Below, in pieces: positions 21,132-33,875 of a stretch of DNA of 64,000 nucleotides. The first letter of the stretch is position 1, and each line of letters starts with the position of its first letter. The notes under the pieces are model-generated. The model was not told the DNA's origin. It ran no database searches and worked only from the letters and a program-made list of their open reading frames with translations. The stretch is from the NCBI RefSeq assembly GCF_048403405.1, contig NZ_CP183129.1; one strand, given 5' to 3'. The position numbers and the translations under genes were made by a program. The DNA is from Escherichia coli (lineage in GTDB: Bacteria > Pseudomonadota > Gammaproteobacteria > Enterobacterales > Enterobacteriaceae).

Positions 21132-22325
21132 ATGACGGAACAAGAAAAAACCTCCGCCGTGGTTGAAGAGACCAGGGAGGCCGTGGACACCACGTCACAA
21201 CCTGTCGCAACAGAAAAAAAGAGTAAGAACAATACCGCATTGATTCTCAGCGCGGTGGCTATTGCTATTGCTCTGGCGGCGGGCGTCGGTTTGTATGGCT
21301 GGGGTAAACAACAGGCCGTCAATCAGACTGCCACCAGCGATGCCCTGGCTAATCAACTGACGGCACTGCAAAAAGCCCAGGAGAGCCAAAAAGCTGAGCT
21401 GGAAGGCATTATCAAGCAACAAGCTGTACAGCTTGAGCAGGCGAATCGTCAGCAAGAAACGCTGGCAAAACAGTTGGATGAAGTCCAACAAAAGGTCGCC
21501 ACCATTTCCGGCAGCGATGCTAAAACCTGGCTGCTGGCTCAGGCCGATTTTCTGGTGAAACTCGCAGGACGGAAGCTGTGGAGCGATCAAGACGTCACGA
21601 CCGCTGCAGCGTTGCTGAAAAGTGCAGATGCCAGCCTGGCGGATATGAATGACCCGAGTCTGATTACCGTTCGTCGGGCAATTACCGATGATATCGCCAG
21701 CCTTTCTGCGGTATCGCAGGTGGATTATGACGGCATCATCCTTAAGCTTAATCAGCTTTCAAATCAGGTAGATAACCTGCGTCTGGCCGATAATGACAGC
21801 GATGGTTCGCCGATGGATTCCGACGGTGAAGAGCTTTCCAGTTCCATCAGCGAATGGCGTATCAATCTACAAAAAAGCTGGCAGAATTTTATGGACAACT
21901 TCATTACGATTCGCCGTCGTGATGACACCGCCGTACCGCTGTTAGCGCCAAATCAGGATATCTATCTGCGCGAAAATATTCGCTCTCGCCTGCTGGTCGC
22001 AGCACAAGCTGTACCGCGTCACCAGCAAGAGACTTATCGCCAGGCGCTGGAGAACGTCTCCACCTGGGTACGTGCTTACTACGATACTGATGATGCCACC
22101 ACCAAAGCGTTCCTCGACGAGGTGGACCAGTTAAGCCAGCAAAATATCTCGATGGATCTTCCGGAAACCCTGCAAAGCCAGGCGATGCTGGAAAAACTGA
22201 TGCAGACTCGCGTGCGTAACCTGCTGGCACAACCGGCAGCGGGGACAACGGAAGCTAAACCTGCACCTGCACCTGCACCTGCACCGCAAGCTGATACTCC
22301 GGCAGCCGCGCCGCAAGGAGAATAA
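21132..22325 (+). CDS. hemX: HemX (putative uroporphyrinogen-III C-methyltransferase-like membrane protein)
   Basis: 397-aa ORF; Q/A-rich coiled region; C-terminal (PA)n encoded by CCTGCA tandem repeats at about 22260-22290. Confidence 0.9.
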   Translation: MTEQEKTSAVVEETREAVDTTSQPVATEKKSKNNTALILSAVAIAIALAAGVGLYGWGKQQAVNQTATSDALANQLTALQKAQESQKAELEGIIKQQAVQLEQANRQQETLAKQLDEVQQKVATISGSDAKTWLLAQADFLVKLAGRKLWSDQDVTTAAALLKSADASLADMNDPSLITVRRAITDDIASLSAVSQVDYDGIILKLNQLSNQVDNLRLADNDSDGSPMDSDGEELSSSISEWRINLQKSWQNFMDNFITIRRRDDTAVPLLAPNQDIYLRENIRSRLLVAAQAVPRHQQETYRQALENVSTWVRAYYDTDDATTKAFLDEVDQLSQQNISMDLPETLQSQAMLEKLMQTRVRNLLAQPAAGTTEAKPAPAPAPAPQADTPAAAPQGE

Positions 22326-22327
22326 CC

Positions 22328-23524
22328 ATGCTAAAAGTGTTATTGCTCTTTGTTTTGCTGATTGCGGGGATAGTGGTTGGCCCGATGATTGCCGGTCATC
22401 AGGGTTACGTGCTGATCCAGACCGACAACTACAATATCGAAACCAGCGTCACTGGCCTGGCGATTATTTTGATTCTGGCGATGGTAGTGCTGTTTGCCAT
22501 TGAGTGGCTACTGCGGCGGATCTTCCGCACAGGCGCACACACCCGTGGGTGGTTTGTCGGACGTAAGCGTCGCCGTGCCCGTAAGCAGACCGAGCAGGCG
22601 CTGCTGAAACTAGCGGAAGGCGATTATCAGCAAGTTGAAAAGCTGATGGCGAAAAATGCCGATCACGCTGAACAACCGGTGGTGAACTATCTACTGGCTG
22701 CCGAAGCCGCGCAACAACGTGGTGATGAAGCACGCGCCAACCAACATCTGGAACGTGCAGCGGAGCTGGCCGGCAACGACACCATTCCGGTAGAAATCAC
22801 CCGTGTACGTCTTCAACTGGCCCGTAATGAAAACCATGCTGCACGCCACGGCGTGGATAAGCTGCTGGAAGTTACGCCACGCCATCCGGAAGTATTACGT
22901 CTGGCGGAACAGGCGTATATCCGCACAGGTGCATGGAGTTCGCTGCTGGATATCATCCCATCAATGGCGAAAGCCCACGTTGGCGATGAAGAACATCGTG
23001 CAATGCTGGAACAACAGGCATGGATTGGCCTGATGGATCAGGCGCGCGCCGATGACGGTAGCGAAGGTTTGCGAAACTGGTGGAAAAACCAAAGCCGGAA
23101 AACGCGTCATCAGGTGGCGTTACAGGTGGCAATGGCGGAACATCTTATTGAATGTGACGATCATGATACTGCTCAGCAAATTATCATCGACGGCCTGAAA
23201 CGCCAGTATGATGATCGTCTGCTGCTGCCGATCCCGCGTCTGAAAACCAATAACCCGGAACAGCTGGAAAAAGTGCTACGCCAGCAAATCAAAAACGTCG
23301 GTGATCGCCCGCTGTTGTGGAGCACATTGGGTCAGTCACTGATGAAGCACGGTGAATGGCAGGAAGCATCGCTCGCCTTCCGCGCGGCGCTGAAACAACG
23401 TCCGGACGCCTACGATTACGCATGGCTCGCCGACGCGCTGGACAGACTGCACAAACCAGAAGAAGCTGCAGCGATGCGCCGCGACGGTTTGATGTTAACG
23501 TTGCAGAACAACCCGCCACAGTAG
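22328..23524 (+). CDS. hemY: HemY (TPR-containing inner membrane protein)
   Basis: 398-aa ORF with N-terminal TMs; immediately follows hemX. Confidence 0.9.
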   Translation: MLKVLLLFVLLIAGIVVGPMIAGHQGYVLIQTDNYNIETSVTGLAIILILAMVVLFAIEWLLRRIFRTGAHTRGWFVGRKRRRARKQTEQALLKLAEGDYQQVEKLMAKNADHAEQPVVNYLLAAEAAQQRGDEARANQHLERAAELAGNDTIPVEITRVRLQLARNENHAARHGVDKLLEVTPRHPEVLRLAEQAYIRTGAWSSLLDIIPSMAKAHVGDEEHRAMLEQQAWIGLMDQARADDGSEGLRNWWKNQSRKTRHQVALQVAMAEHLIECDDHDTAQQIIIDGLKRQYDDRLLLPIPRLKTNNPEQLEKVLRQQIKNVGDRPLLWSTLGQSLMKHGEWQEASLAFRAALKQRPDAYDYAWLADALDRLHKPEEAAAMRRDGLMLTLQNNPPQ

Positions 23525-23535
23525 TTCTTTCTCAC

Positions 23536-23607
23536 CCGGAGGCAAGCACCTCCGGGACCTTTCTGATACATAAAAAAACGCCTGCTCTTATTACGGAGCA
23601 GGCGTTA
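23536..23607 (+). terminator. Tandem hairpins downstream of hemY (hem operon terminator)
   Basis: CCGGAGGCAAGCACCTCCGG and AAACGCCTGCTC..GAGCAGGCGTT inverted repeats. Confidence 0.5.
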
Positions 23608-24202
23608 AAACAGGTCTGTATGACAACAAGTGGGTGCTTCACTCAACGTTGTGTCCATGGTGTCTGATGAGGCATAAGCGACATCTGTCAGTGGACGATA
23701 AGCACCGTAAACGGCTCTGCGTCATTCCGGAGTTTATGAGGCACTAAGGCGAACATAAGAGATGGAATGAGCATCTACTCGTTTATTATGCCACAGAGAA
23801 CCGGGAAATAACATCCCTTAACACTTTTTATGAGATAATTCTGTAATCCTCTTTGCTTCCTGAGTAATAACTTCCTGAGTGAATATTTCTCCTGCGCACG
23901 ATTCTACACATATATATAATGAATAATAAAAGTCATTCAATTAATAACATATATATTAATTGCCGTTAAAACTAAAAACAGCATCAATAATCAACGCGAT
24001 ATAACATCACCGCCTTACATATCACCTGCGCCAGAGGTAGGATTGAAAACGCTCTCCTGATTTTCCAATTCATTATCTGGATAAATAAATAATTTATTTT
24101 CATCACTATTATTTATGCAATCATCCTGTCAGGGAGAGGGATCTCAATTATCAATGCTTAATTACGTCAACATTTTGACGACATGAAACCGGAGCATTTT
24201 GC

Positions 24203-25858
24203 ATGGAATTTTCGTTTTCACCCAAACTTCTTGTTGTGGCTGTCGCCGCCGCTCTTCCACTCATGGCCAACGCAGCAGATACCCCGTCAACCGCCACCGC
24301 ACGCAAAGGCTTTGCCGGATACGATCACCCAAACCAGTATCTGGTTAAACCGGCGACCACTATTGCCGACAACATGATGCCGGTGATGCAGCATCCTGCA
24401 CAAGACAAAGAAACCCAGCAGAAGCTGGCAGAACTTGAGAAAAAAACCGGTAAGAAACCGAACGTGGTTGTTTTCTTGCTGGATGATGTGGGCTGGATGG
24501 ATGTTGGCTTTAACGGCGGCGGCGTGGCGGTGGGTAATCCTACACCAGATATCGACGCCGTTGCCAGCCAGGGGCTGATTTTAACTTCGGCGTATTCTCA
24601 ACCGAGTTCTTCCCCAACCCGCGCCACGATTCTTACCGGACAATACTCCATCCACCACGGCATTCTGATGCCGCCAATGTACGGGCAACCGGGCGGTCTG
24701 CAAGGGTTAACCACTCTGCCGCAGTTGCTGCACGATCAGGGCTACGTCACTCAGGCCATCGGGAAATGGCATATGGGGGAAAACAAAGAGTCGCAGCCGC
24801 AGAACGTTGGCTTTGATGATTTCCGCGGCTTTAACTCGGTATCCGATATGTATACCGAATGGCGTGATGTTCACGTCAACCCGGAAGTCGCCCTGAGCCC
24901 GGATCGTTCTGAATACATCCAAAAACTGCCGTTCAGCAAAGATGACGTTCATGCCGTGCGCGGCGGTGAACAGGAAGCCATTGCCGACATTACGCCGAAA
25001 TATATGGAAGACCTGGATCAACGCTGGATGGAATATGGCGTTAAGTTCCTCGACAAGATGGCGAAGAGCGATAAGCCTTTCTTCCTCTACTACGGCACTC
25101 GCGGCTGTCACTTCGATAACTACCCAAATGCGAAATATGCGGGTAGCTCTCCGGCGCGCACCTCTTACGGCGACTGCATGGTGGAGATGAACGATATCTT
25201 CGCCAATCTGTATAAAGCACTGGAGAAAAACGGTCAGCTTGATAACACGCTGATTGTGTTCACCTCTGATAACGGTCCGGAAGCCGAAGTTCCGCCACAC
25301 GGTCGCACGCCGTTCCGCGGTGCGAAAGGTTCTACATGGGAAGGCGGCGTTCGTGTGCCAACCTTCGTTTACTGGAAAGGCATGATCCAACCGCGTAAAT
25401 CTGACGGCATTGTCGATCTGGCGGATCTCTTCCCTACGGCGCTGGATCTGGCGGGGCATCCTGGGGCGAAAGTAGCGAATTTAGTACCGAAAACCACCTT
25501 TATCGATGGTGTGGACCAGACATCTTTCTTCCTGGGAACAAATGGTCAGTCTAACCGTAAGGCCGAGCACTACTTCCTCAACGGTAAACTTTCTGCTGTG
25601 CGTATGGATGAGTTCAAGTATCACGTCCTGATCCAGCAACCGTACGCGTATACCCAGAGCGGGTATCAGGGTGGATTCACCGGCACAGTAATGCAAACGG
25701 CGGGATCGTCGGTGTTTAACCTGTACACCGATCCGCAGGAAAGCGACTCCATCGGCGTGCGCCATATCCCAATGGGTGTACCGCTACAGACCGAAATGCA
25801 CGCGTATATGGAGATCCTGAAAAAATATCCACCACGCGCGCAGATTAAATCTGATTAA
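24203..25858 (+). CDS. aslA: Arylsulfatase AslA
   Basis: 551-aa ORF with signal peptide; sulfatase region ([11 protein letters not shown]: Cys-x-Pro-x-Arg). Confidence 0.92.
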   Translation: MEFSFSPKLLVVAVAAALPLMANAADTPSTATARKGFAGYDHPNQYLVKPATTIADNMMPVMQHPAQDKETQQKLAELEKKTGKKPNVVVFLLDDVGWMDVGFNGGGVAVGNPTPDIDAVASQGLILTSAYSQPSSSPTRATILTGQYSIHHGILMPPMYGQPGGLQGLTTLPQLLHDQGYVTQAIGKWHMGENKESQPQNVGFDDFRGFNSVSDMYTEWRDVHVNPEVALSPDRSEYIQKLPFSKDDVHAVRGGEQEAIADITPKYMEDLDQRWMEYGVKFLDKMAKSDKPFFLYYGTRGCHFDNYPNAKYAGSSPARTSYGDCMVEMNDIFANLYKALEKNGQLDNTLIVFTSDNGPEAEVPPHGRTPFRGAKGSTWEGGVRVPTFVYWKGMIQPRKSDGIVDLADLFPTALDLAGHPGAKVANLVPKTTFIDGVDQTSFFLGTNGQSNRKAEHYFLNGKLSAVRMDEFKYHVLIQQPYAYTQSGYQGGFTGTVMQTAGSSVFNLYTDPQESDSIGVRHIPMGVPLQTEMHAYMEILKKYPPRAQIKSD

Positions 25859-25869
25859 GCCGGCGCTAT

Positions 25870-25930
25870 CGCTACATCGGGCCACACTGACCTTGCCGGA
25901 TGCGACGTGAACGCCTTATCCGGCAATTAA
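25870..25930. repeat. REP element(s) between aslA and aslB
   Basis: GCCGGATGCGACGTGAACGCCTTATCCGGC canonical REP palindrome. Confidence 0.65.
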
Positions 25931-25959
25931 CCGCAGGCGGCCACAAAATGGCCGCTTTT

Positions 25960-27195
25960 TTACTTATTCACCACCATCAAATGCGCCTGCATAATGTCGC
26001 TGGCCGGACGACCGTGCGCCAGCAAATCAGCCATTGCTTTAAGATATGGCGGTAGATGGCGGAAATAACGCTGATACCCGGCACACAAATAATTCAGCCC
26101 GGGTTTGCCGCTGGCATCGAGCATAAAGCGGTGTTTCGGACAGCCTCCCCAGCACGCTTTTAACACGTTGCAACTGCGACACTGCGCCGGTAACTGCTTA
26201 AATTTATCTTCACCAAACACCTGCTGTTGCGGGGAATCTACCATTTCTGCAATTGTTTGCTGGTGCATATTCCCCAGTCGATATTGCGGATAAACATAGT
26301 GATCGCAGGCGTAAACGTCGCCGTTGTGTTCAACAATCACCGAGCGCCCACAGGTTGGCTGATGATGGCAAACCGCACCTGGCGCACCAACAAAATTGGC
26401 AAACGCCCATTCGATATTCATCACGAAAATCTTGCCGACGTCGCGTTTGATCCAGTGGTCGAATATCGCCACCAAAAATTCACCGAACTCATCGGGGCGT
26501 ACCGACCATTCCGTCAGTTCGCCCTGAATATCGCCGGGAGCATGTAGCTTAAGTCCAGCATGAGCAGCCGTTTCATCAGCCAGGCGCTCGACCACCGGAA
26601 TAAACTGGATGAACTCAGCGCCTGCATCACACAGAAAATCATAGACTTGCAAAGGTTGTAACGCACTGGTGCGATTAACGCAGACCAGCACGTTATAGTC
26701 GACATGATGTTTTTGCAGGAGCGTCAGGGCACGCATCACCAGCTTATGCGTTGGTCTGCCGCCTTTGGTCACGCGATATTGATTGTGGATCTCAGCCGGA
26801 CCATCCAGCGATAACCCTACAAGAAAATGATTTTCTGCCAGAAATGCACACCATTCGTCATCAAGCAGAACGCCGTTAGTCTGGAAGCTGTTACTTATCT
26901 TCCTGCCAGCACCATATTTCGCCTGTAGCGCCACGGCACGGCGGTAAAAATCCAGCCCGAGTAACGTTGGTTCGCCGCCCTGCCAGGTAAAAGCCACTTC
27001 GTTTTGGGTTTCGCTGGCAGCGATATAGTGACGGACATACGCTTCCAGCGTGTCATCGTCCATATGCGTGACTGGCTTTTCGCGGTAAAGGGATTGTTTT
27101 TCGAGATAAAAACAGTAGTCACAGTTCAGATTACAATCGGAACCGCTCGGTTTCGCCATCACATGAAAAGCACGCGTTGGAACCTGTTGCAGCAT
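25960..27195 (-). CDS. aslB: Anaerobic sulfatase-maturating radical-SAM enzyme AslB
   Basis: ORF 25960..27225; start at MLQQVPTRAF (411 aa); CxxxCxxC radical-SAM motif (CNLNCDYC). Confidence 0.9.
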   Translation of the reverse strand: MLQQVPTRAFHVMAKPSGSDCNLNCDYCFYLEKQSLYREKPVTHMDDDTLEAYVRHYIAASETQNEVAFTWQGGEPTLLGLDFYRRAVALQAKYGAGRKISNSFQTNGVLLDDEWCAFLAENHFLVGLSLDGPAEIHNQYRVTKGGRPTHKLVMRALTLLQKHHVDYNVLVCVNRTSALQPLQVYDFLCDAGAEFIQFIPVVERLADETAAHAGLKLHAPGDIQGELTEWSVRPDEFGEFLVAIFDHWIKRDVGKIFVMNIEWAFANFVGAPGAVCHHQPTCGRSVIVEHNGDVYACDHYVYPQYRLGNMHQQTIAEMVDSPQQQVFGEDKFKQLPAQCRSCNVLKACWGGCPKHRFMLDASGKPGLNYLCAGYQRYFRHLPPYLKAMADLLAHGRPASDIMQAHLMVVNK

Positions 27196-27310
27196 GGTCG
27201 CTCCTTGCCTGAAGTCATCCTTCAATAAGTTAAGGGCGAAATCATACCGTGGCGCAATGAGTTATTACGGGCGTTTATTGCGAAGGGAAAGAGACGAAAT
27301 GCACAGAAAA

Positions 27311-27340
27311 CAAAAAACCCCGCCGAAGCGGGGTTCAAAA
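27311..27340 (-). terminator. Intrinsic terminator of the argX-hisR-leuT-proM tRNA operon
   Basis: Minus strand reads AACCCCGCTTCGGCGGGGTTTTTTG immediately after proM. Confidence 0.8.
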
Positions 27341-27341
27341 T

Positions 27342-27418
27342 TGGTCGGCGAGAGAGGATTCGAACCTCCGACCCACTGGTCCCAAACCAGTTGCGCTACC
27401 AAGCTGCGCTACTCGCCG
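27342..27418 (-). tRNA. proM: tRNA-Pro
   Basis: Revcomp matches E. coli tRNA-Pro (CGGCGAGTAGCGCAGCTTGGTAGCGCAACTGGTTTGGGACC...CCA). Confidence 0.95.
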
Positions 27419-27460
27419 AAATACTGCTTTTTGAATTTTTAGTTCAATTCTTTAAAGTCG

Positions 27461-27547
27461 TGGTGCGAGGGGGGGACTTGAACCCCCACGTCCGTAAGGA
27501 CACTAACACCTGAAGCTAGCGCGTCTACCAATTCCGCCACCTTCGCA
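27461..27547 (-). tRNA. leuT: tRNA-Leu (CAG)
   Basis: Revcomp matches tRNA-Leu (GCGAAGGTGGCGGAATTGGTAGACGCGCTAGCTTCAGGTG...); ends approximate to 1 nt. Confidence 0.93.
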
Positions 27548-27566
27548 TTGTCACAACTTCTAATAA

Positions 27567-27643
27567 TGGGGTGGCTAATGGGATTCGAACCCACGACAAC
27601 TGGAATCACAATCCAGGGCTCTACCAACTGAGCTATAGCCACC
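27567..27643 (-). tRNA. hisR: tRNA-His
   Basis: Revcomp matches tRNA-His (GGTGGCTATAGCTCAGTTGGTAGAGCCCTGGATTGTGATTCC...). Confidence 0.95.
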
Positions 27644-27700
27644 ACTACAAATCTTGTTACGCGGTATTACTACCACCGCAGCTCAAGCGCCGGGACTAAA

Positions 27701-27777
<77 letters not shown>

Positions 27778-27798
27778 TTAGCGCCGTTGCGGGGGTGG

Positions 27799-27827
27799 AT
27801 AATACGGACTTCCCACCCCTCTGTCTA
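27799..27827 (-). promoter_or_regulatory. sigma70 promoter of the tRNA operon
   Basis: Minus strand: -35 TAGACA, 17-nt spacer, -10 TATTAT, then GC-rich discriminator CCACCCCCGC before argX. Confidence 0.6.
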
Positions 27828-27879
27828 GTCCCTTTTTAAATAAATTGCGCGTTTGGTTACGGTTTGTGCGTTTTGCTGC

Positions 27880-29265
27880 TTATTCCTCCAGTTTATGCGC
27901 TTTCCCGTGGCGATTAAGCCCAAAAACTTTATAAATCGCCGTCACCGCCAGCATAAAGATGATGCCGACAAACAGCGACATACGCGTATCTTCATTAAAG
28001 TACATGCCGATCAAAACGCAAATCAGGAATGCCATTGTTACGTAGTTGGCCCACGGGAACAGGATTGAGCGGAACGGATGGCTGGCAATCGCCGCTTTAT
28101 GCGCACGACGAAAACGCAGCTGGCTTATCAATATCACAAACCATGGCACCATCCCCGGAAGCACGCTGGCACTGTAGACGTAGACAAACACACGCTGCGG
28201 ATTGGGAATGATGTAGTTCAGGCATGAGCCAATTAACAGGATAGCAATAGATACTGCCACACCCGCAACCGGTACGCCGTGACGGGAAACTTTCGCCATC
28301 GCCGTCGGTAACTGACGGTTTTTCGCCAGTGCGTAGAGCATACGTCCGCAACTGTACATGCCGCTGTTACAGCCAGAGAGCGCAGCCGTCAGCACCACAA
28401 AGTTGATAATGCCCGCCGCTGCGGTAATGCCGATTTTGGCGAAAGTCAGTACGAACGGGCTGCCGTTACTGCCTATTTCATTCCACGGGAAGATAGTAAC
28501 GATAACGAAAATCGCGCCTACGTAGAAAATCAGGATCCTCCACAGCACTTTGCCTACTGCACTGCGCAGCGTCACCTGCGGATTCTTCGCTTCACCAGCG
28601 GTAATGCCAATCAGCTCCACGCCCTGGTAGGACGCCACCACAATACACAATGCGGTCAGGAACCCTTTCCAGCCCCCCGCAAAGAAACCGCCATGCTCTG
28701 TGAGATTGCTAAAACCAATCGACTGCCCGCCATTGCCAAAACCAAAGAAAATCACGCCCAGGCCAATGACAATCATCACGATAATCGTGGTGACTTTGAT
28801 CATCGCGAACCAGAACTCGATTTCGCCGTACAACCTCACCGCAGTCAGATTCGCCAACGCCACCAGCGCCACCGCGATTAATGCGGGTATCCACTGCGCC
28901 ATCTCCGGGAACCAGAACTGGACATAAACGCCAATGGCGGTGATTTCTGAGATCCCCACCGCCATCCACATAAACCAGTAAGACCAGGCGGTGAGATAGC
29001 CAAAGAACGGGCTCATATAACGATGCGCATAAACGGCGAACGAACCGGTAACCGGTTCGAGGAATAACATTTCGCCCATTGAACGCATGATGAAAAAGAC
29101 GAACAGCCCGGCGATGATATAGGCCAACAATACGGATGGCCCGGCCCATTTCAGGGTACTGGCGGCCCCCATAAACAGGCCGACGCCAATGGTGCCCCCC
29201 AGGGCGATGAGTTCGATATGTCGAGCTTCCAGCCCACGCTGTAGCTCTGGTTTGTTATCTGCCAT
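27880..29265 (-). CDS. yifK: Amino-acid permease (APC family) YifK
   Basis: 461-aa 12-TM ORF; matches YifK as recalled. Confidence 0.92.
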   Translation of the reverse strand: MADNKPELQRGLEARHIELIALGGTIGVGLFMGAASTLKWAGPSVLLAYIIAGLFVFFIMRSMGEMLFLEPVTGSFAVYAHRYMSPFFGYLTAWSYWFMWMAVGISEITAIGVYVQFWFPEMAQWIPALIAVALVALANLTAVRLYGEIEFWFAMIKVTTIIVMIVIGLGVIFFGFGNGGQSIGFSNLTEHGGFFAGGWKGFLTALCIVVASYQGVELIGITAGEAKNPQVTLRSAVGKVLWRILIFYVGAIFVIVTIFPWNEIGSNGSPFVLTFAKIGITAAAGIINFVVLTAALSGCNSGMYSCGRMLYALAKNRQLPTAMAKVSRHGVPVAGVAVSIAILLIGSCLNYIIPNPQRVFVYVYSASVLPGMVPWFVILISQLRFRRAHKAAIASHPFRSILFPWANYVTMAFLICVLIGMYFNEDTRMSLFVGIIFMLAVTAIYKVFGLNRHGKAHKLEE

Positions 29266-29455
29266 AAATCCTCGTGTTGTGTTTGCATGCTTTCCGGTGT
29301 TACCGGTTATCGTTATGGGTACATCGAGTGTTGCGAATGTTTTCGTAATTCAGGAGAAATGGCAAATAAAGCATTAAAAATTTGAATGCTTTGTGTAATA
29401 AAAAAGCAGGAAGGCGACGAAGTGACCACTCCGTCGCTTTACAGAGAGAGGAAAA

Positions 29456-30196
29456 TCAGAGGTTGCCGGTGTAATGCCAGCGTAAATAACGCAGCAAACG
29501 AAGCTGACGCTTAATGCGGCTCGGCTGCGAAAGCAGGCGGTAGAGCCACTCCAGCCCCAGCGTTTGCCAGATTTTCGGTGCGCGTTTCACGTGACCGGTG
29601 AAAACATCGTAGGTCCCGCCAACGCCCATATACAGCGCATCTGGATGCACCAGACGGCAGTCGCGCATGAAGATCTCCTGCTTTGGCGATCCCATCGCAA
29701 CGGTGACGATTTGCGCTCCGCTGGCATGAATGCGTTCAAACAGCGCCTGACGCTGCTCGGGTTTAAAATAACCATCCTGGCTGCCAACGATATTCACATT
29801 CCACTGGTTGTGCAGTTTAGCTTCAGTTTGCGCCAGCACTTCAGGTTTACCGCCCACAAGAAATACCGGTGTCCCTTCTTTGCCTGCGCGCGCCATCAGC
29901 TCTTCCCAGAGATCGGCCCCTGCAACGCGGGAAACCTGCGCCTGCGGGTACTTTTTACGTACTGAACGTACAACGCTGATGCCATCCGCATATTTAAATT
30001 CGGCAGCGTTAATTAACTCCCGGACCTCGGCGTTATCTTCAATGGTCAGCATTTTTTCGGCATTAATGGCAACCAGCGTTCCCTGCTTAAGCTTCCCGTC
30101 AGCGAACAGATAATCGAGGGCGTGCTGCATATCACGCCAACCTATCAACTGTAAGCCACGCAGCGTATAGGTCGGTGCCGTGGTGTTGTTATTCAT
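29456..30196 (-). CDS. wecG: UDP-ManNAcA transferase WecG (ECA biosynthesis)
   Basis: 246-aa ORF, last gene of the wec cluster. Confidence 0.92.
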   Translation of the reverse strand: MNNNTTAPTYTLRGLQLIGWRDMQHALDYLFADGKLKQGTLVAINAEKMLTIEDNAEVRELINAAEFKYADGISVVRSVRKKYPQAQVSRVAGADLWEELMARAGKEGTPVFLVGGKPEVLAQTEAKLHNQWNVNIVGSQDGYFKPEQRQALFERIHASGAQIVTVAMGSPKQEIFMRDCRLVHPDALYMGVGGTYDVFTGHVKRAPKIWQTLGLEWLYRLLSQPSRIKRQLRLLRYLRWHYTGNL

Positions 30197-30198
30197 TG

Positions 30199-31551
30199 TT
30201 ATCCTTCAACCTGCGTCCGGAGCGATGATTTTGTTCGTTTATGAATGAGTCCGGCGCTTTCAAAAAGCCAGTACAACAGTTTTGCGATCATCAGACATGC
30301 GCCGAAGACCACGATAAAAAAGACCACGCGTGAGACAAACGAATCCAGCCCTTCACGCGCCAGCACGATCATATTGAAGATCGCCCCGAAGCAGAAACTG
30401 TGCAATATCGCAGCTTTATAGCGATTAGGCTCGCGGTTGCCCAGCTCATACAGCCAGTCGAACCATTTGATGATCAGTCCAACAACAATCGCCCCGAGCG
30501 GGATGAACAACGCGCCGCCCATCACCACCAGTGAGCCTATAAGCGTAGGCGAGATCGCCAGTCCGGAGTGGTTATTCAGCACTTCCCAGGTAAAGTAGTT
30601 GGCGGAGTTCAGCACCATACTCGGGCGACCCGGCCACAGCCAGGAAGGGATAAAGACATAGAAATCGCGGACAATGGGAGCCAGGCCCTGGAAGTCGATG
30701 TTGTCGTAGTTCTGCAACAGCAATGCCAGATTCTCCCACGGCGAAAAGGTATCGCGGGTGAGATAGAGAAACGTATAGAACGCTTCATCACCGCTCACAT
30801 TCATTCCATAGCGTTTTAGCGCCAGCCAGAACATGCCAACAATCCCCAGCACGCCCGCTGCCGCCAGCATCCACAACGAAATCCAGCCGCGAATAATGCC
30901 AATAAACAGGAAGATAGCGAATGCGATAATGATATTGGCGCGAGTGCCGCCGACAATCATATAAGTCAGCAAGCCAAAAGCGACCGTGCTGACGAGGAAA
31001 AACAGCCACGCTTTGCTGTCCTGGCGCAGAAAGTAGACCACCAGCATCGCCGGGATGAAAAAGTAAAAGAAGCGTTTTAACGCCACGCCGGAGACTTCAC
31101 TGGAGAAGATCTGACTGTAGGAGTTAAGCCGGAACAGCAAAAAGCCGTTGTGCATGAAGAAGATGCCGACGCTTACCAGCGCGATGCCCATCAGGATCAC
31201 CCACGTGAGATTGGTCTCCACGCGGTTCATGGTAAACAGCGGACGGCGCGGTACATCGGCAACGCGTTTGCGTAGGCGGGTTTTGTAGGTGACGTAGTAA
31301 ACCGCGTAGAAGCAGCCCGCAGAAAGCAACGCCTGCAACAAGATTTCTGGCGGCGCGACACCAACATCAAAGCGAAATACCAGCACGCTGGTCAGCGGGA
31401 AGCCGAAGAAAAAGGTGAGCAAAAACAGCAATGAAAAGAAGACATTGAAGTTAAAACGCACACGGCGAAACTCAAACCAGGTCAGCGTGGCAATAAACAG
31501 CGTGCAGAGCAGCCAGACAATAAACAGGCCACTGAATTGCAGCAGACTCAT
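30199..31551 (-). CDS. wzyE: ECA polymerase WzyE
   Basis: 450-aa polytopic membrane ORF. Confidence 0.92.
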   Translation of the reverse strand: MSLLQFSGLFIVWLLCTLFIATLTWFEFRRVRFNFNVFFSLLFLLTFFFGFPLTSVLVFRFDVGVAPPEILLQALLSAGCFYAVYYVTYKTRLRKRVADVPRRPLFTMNRVETNLTWVILMGIALVSVGIFFMHNGFLLFRLNSYSQIFSSEVSGVALKRFFYFFIPAMLVVYFLRQDSKAWLFFLVSTVAFGLLTYMIVGGTRANIIIAFAIFLFIGIIRGWISLWMLAAAGVLGIVGMFWLALKRYGMNVSGDEAFYTFLYLTRDTFSPWENLALLLQNYDNIDFQGLAPIVRDFYVFIPSWLWPGRPSMVLNSANYFTWEVLNNHSGLAISPTLIGSLVVMGGALFIPLGAIVVGLIIKWFDWLYELGNREPNRYKAAILHSFCFGAIFNMIVLAREGLDSFVSRVVFFIVVFGACLMIAKLLYWLFESAGLIHKRTKSSLRTQVEG

Positions 31552-32627
31552 GCAACCTCCCCGGCGGCAATCGCCAACGCCCGCTGCCAGCCTTGCAGAT
31601 AGTTCGGGCTAAAGAAGGCAATGGTGTTTTTATCCACCGACGCCAACTGGCGCTGCGCTTCACGCACAATATCCTCGTTGAGATCGTCGGTAGTAAACAG
31701 TACTGGCAAATGCTGTTCCGTCATATCCTGCCAGAACGGATTTTCCCGGTTAAGCACACAAGGAATGCCCGCCTGAATCAGTAAGCAAAGCGTACCAATG
31801 CCCTGCTGGCGGGCAAAAATAAAGTAACCAAGATCGCACTGACGAAGTAGCGCCAGATAGGCGTCAAATTCCAGTTTTTCGTTCAGAATTTGCAGATTTT
31901 CTTCGCTGAATAACTCCAGCCCCGCCTGACGAACTTCCTCAATGTACGCTTCGTTATTAGGCGGATATCCCATCGGCACCACCACTTTTACCGTATCGCC
32001 AAATTGCTGATGAACGGCACGTAAAGCGGCGACATGCTCATTGCTGCGGTCGCCGGAGTTCCCCACCAGAATGGTCATTTTTCCTTCACGTTGCCGATCG
32101 TTCGCCATCGTATTGAGAGAAGGGTCCATCCGCGTCGGGAAGTACAGCAGTTCTCCCCGCACCTTTGGGTGCGTTTTGGCAAAAAAGCTCAAATCGCCGC
32201 GGGTGGCAAATACACAGCCGACTCGCTTTTGCGCCAGGCGACGTAGTGGGTAAAAAAGCTTATATCTCAAGCCACTGGAAAGCTCATACAGGTCTGCCCC
32301 CCAGATATGCCAGAAAAACTGGCTGGGCTTAATGCCACCACTCAGCAGAGCCAGCCACAGTGTGGGATTGAACTGACCGTGGAAAAAAAATCGCTGCTGA
32401 CGGTTAGCTTTTGCTTTCGCGATGACCGCTTCCGCCAGCGATTTTTTCCCAGGGAAAAATTGCACAGAAAGCGCCGGACAGCTATCACTTAAGCCGTCGT
32501 CCTTGCCAACAACCATAAACTCGCGCGCGTGCTCGCTCGTCGCAGCCAGCGCGTCATTGAAAAACCGCAAAACGGTTCGGTTATGGTGAGGGATATCCGA
32601 TCCCAGTACGTGAATCAGTACAGTCAT
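31548..32627 (-). CDS. wecF: TDP-Fuc4NAc:lipid II transferase WecF
   Basis: 359-aa ORF; 4-nt overlaps with both neighbours. Confidence 0.92.
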   Translation of the reverse strand: MTVLIHVLGSDIPHHNRTVLRFFNDALAATSEHAREFMVVGKDDGLSDSCPALSVQFFPGKKSLAEAVIAKAKANRQQRFFFHGQFNPTLWLALLSGGIKPSQFFWHIWGADLYELSSGLRYKLFYPLRRLAQKRVGCVFATRGDLSFFAKTHPKVRGELLYFPTRMDPSLNTMANDRQREGKMTILVGNSGDRSNEHVAALRAVHQQFGDTVKVVVPMGYPPNNEAYIEEVRQAGLELFSEENLQILNEKLEFDAYLALLRQCDLGYFIFARQQGIGTLCLLIQAGIPCVLNRENPFWQDMTEQHLPVLFTTDDLNEDIVREAQRQLASVDKNTIAFFSPNYLQGWQRALAIAAGEVA

Positions 32628-33874
32628 GCCCGCCTACGCCAGAGTAAAAACACGCCACAACAAAGAGAAAAATAGACGATATAGGTTGCCATATAGGCCT
32701 GCGCCGCGCCCAGTGCACCATGCGCAGGGATTAGCCAGTGGGCAAATACCATCAATAAAGTGAACTGGCTGACTTCCGCCAGAATATAAAACCGCAGTGA
32801 CGCTTTGGCGATCACCAGATAACCAAAGACATAAGCGCCCACTTTTAACACATCACCCACTAACTGCCAGGCAAAGAGATCGCGCATAGCGGTAAATTTA
32901 TTCGACAACAGCAGCCAGATAGCAAAATCACGCAGCAACCAGACGGTAAAACTCGCCGCCGCCACTGCCGGTAAGACAAATTTCAGCGATTTAACCACTT
33001 CCCGGGTGATATCGCGCTTTTCCGTTAGCCGCGACAACGTGGGCAGCAAATATACGCTGAACGATGCCGTAATAAATTGCAGGTAGGCATCGGAAATACT
33101 ACTCACCCCTTGCCAGATCCCCACTTCATCCCAGCTATACTGCGCCGCCAGCAGTTTACGCATCATGATGTAAGCAACGGGCAAGGTCACCGACGTAATC
33201 AACGCCATGAGCGTAAATTTGCTCAACTGCCCTGCCAGGCCGTTATCCCAGCTGGGTTTCAGATAGCTTAACGGGATTGCACCACGCTTAATTAGCATGA
33301 TGACGGCAGGAATCACCACCAGCGCGGGAATCAACGCCAGCCCCAGCAACGCCCCTTCATAACCGCCCAAACGGTAACTGACGTAGTACGCGAGAACGCC
33401 AATCAGGCTGCCGACAATCAGGGATAACGCATTACCTGCGGCATCGCGAAAGCCTTTCATCAACGCCAGTAACAGGTTGCCCCAGGCAATCCCCATTTGC
33501 ACCAGCGCCACTAAACGCACCAGTCCCTGATAGTCGGTATTACCAAACAATCCCTGGCTGATTGGCGCTGCTGCCAGCACAAAAACCAGCGCCATTAGCG
33601 TAGAGAAGCCAAGTACCATCGCTGATGAAGTGCCGACCACGCGGCGCAGCTGTTGGGGATTATCATGGTACTGAGCAACGTATTTGGTTACGCCATTAAA
33701 GATGCCAGCCCCGGCAAGCACGCCGAGCACGGTAATCAACTGGCGGAAATTTGCCGCCAGCCCAAGCCCCGCCGGACCAAATGACACCGCCAGCAACTTA
33801 CCGACCAGTAACCCGGCACCAATCTTGACCAGTGTACTGGCCGCCGTCCACAAGGACGCTTTTGCCAACGACAT
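32624..33874 (-). CDS. wzxE: Lipid III flippase WzxE
   Basis: 416-aa polytopic membrane ORF. Confidence 0.92.
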   Translation of the reverse strand: MSLAKASLWTAASTLVKIGAGLLVGKLLAVSFGPAGLGLAANFRQLITVLGVLAGAGIFNGVTKYVAQYHDNPQQLRRVVGTSSAMVLGFSTLMALVFVLAAAPISQGLFGNTDYQGLVRLVALVQMGIAWGNLLLALMKGFRDAAGNALSLIVGSLIGVLAYYVSYRLGGYEGALLGLALIPALVVIPAVIMLIKRGAIPLSYLKPSWDNGLAGQLSKFTLMALITSVTLPVAYIMMRKLLAAQYSWDEVGIWQGVSSISDAYLQFITASFSVYLLPTLSRLTEKRDITREVVKSLKFVLPAVAAASFTVWLLRDFAIWLLLSNKFTAMRDLFAWQLVGDVLKVGAYVFGYLVIAKASLRFYILAEVSQFTLLMVFAHWLIPAHGALGAAQAYMATYIVYFSLCCGVFLLWRRRA

Positions 33875-33875
33875 A

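Noticed and set aside
22250-22300. Possible CRISPR-like repeat array at the hemX (CCTGCA)n tract
   Set aside because: The repeat unit is 6 nt, in-frame and coding, with no spacers; no CRISPR array or cas genes are present anywhere in the window.
24183-24377. 64-aa ORF overlapping the aslA start
   Set aside because: Out-of-frame overlap with the aslA signal-peptide coding region; Pro/Leu-rich nonsense translation.
27194-27645. ORFs of 82 and 68 aa overlapping the tRNA genes
   Set aside because: They coincide with proM, leuT and hisR sequence; the tRNA assignments are unambiguous.
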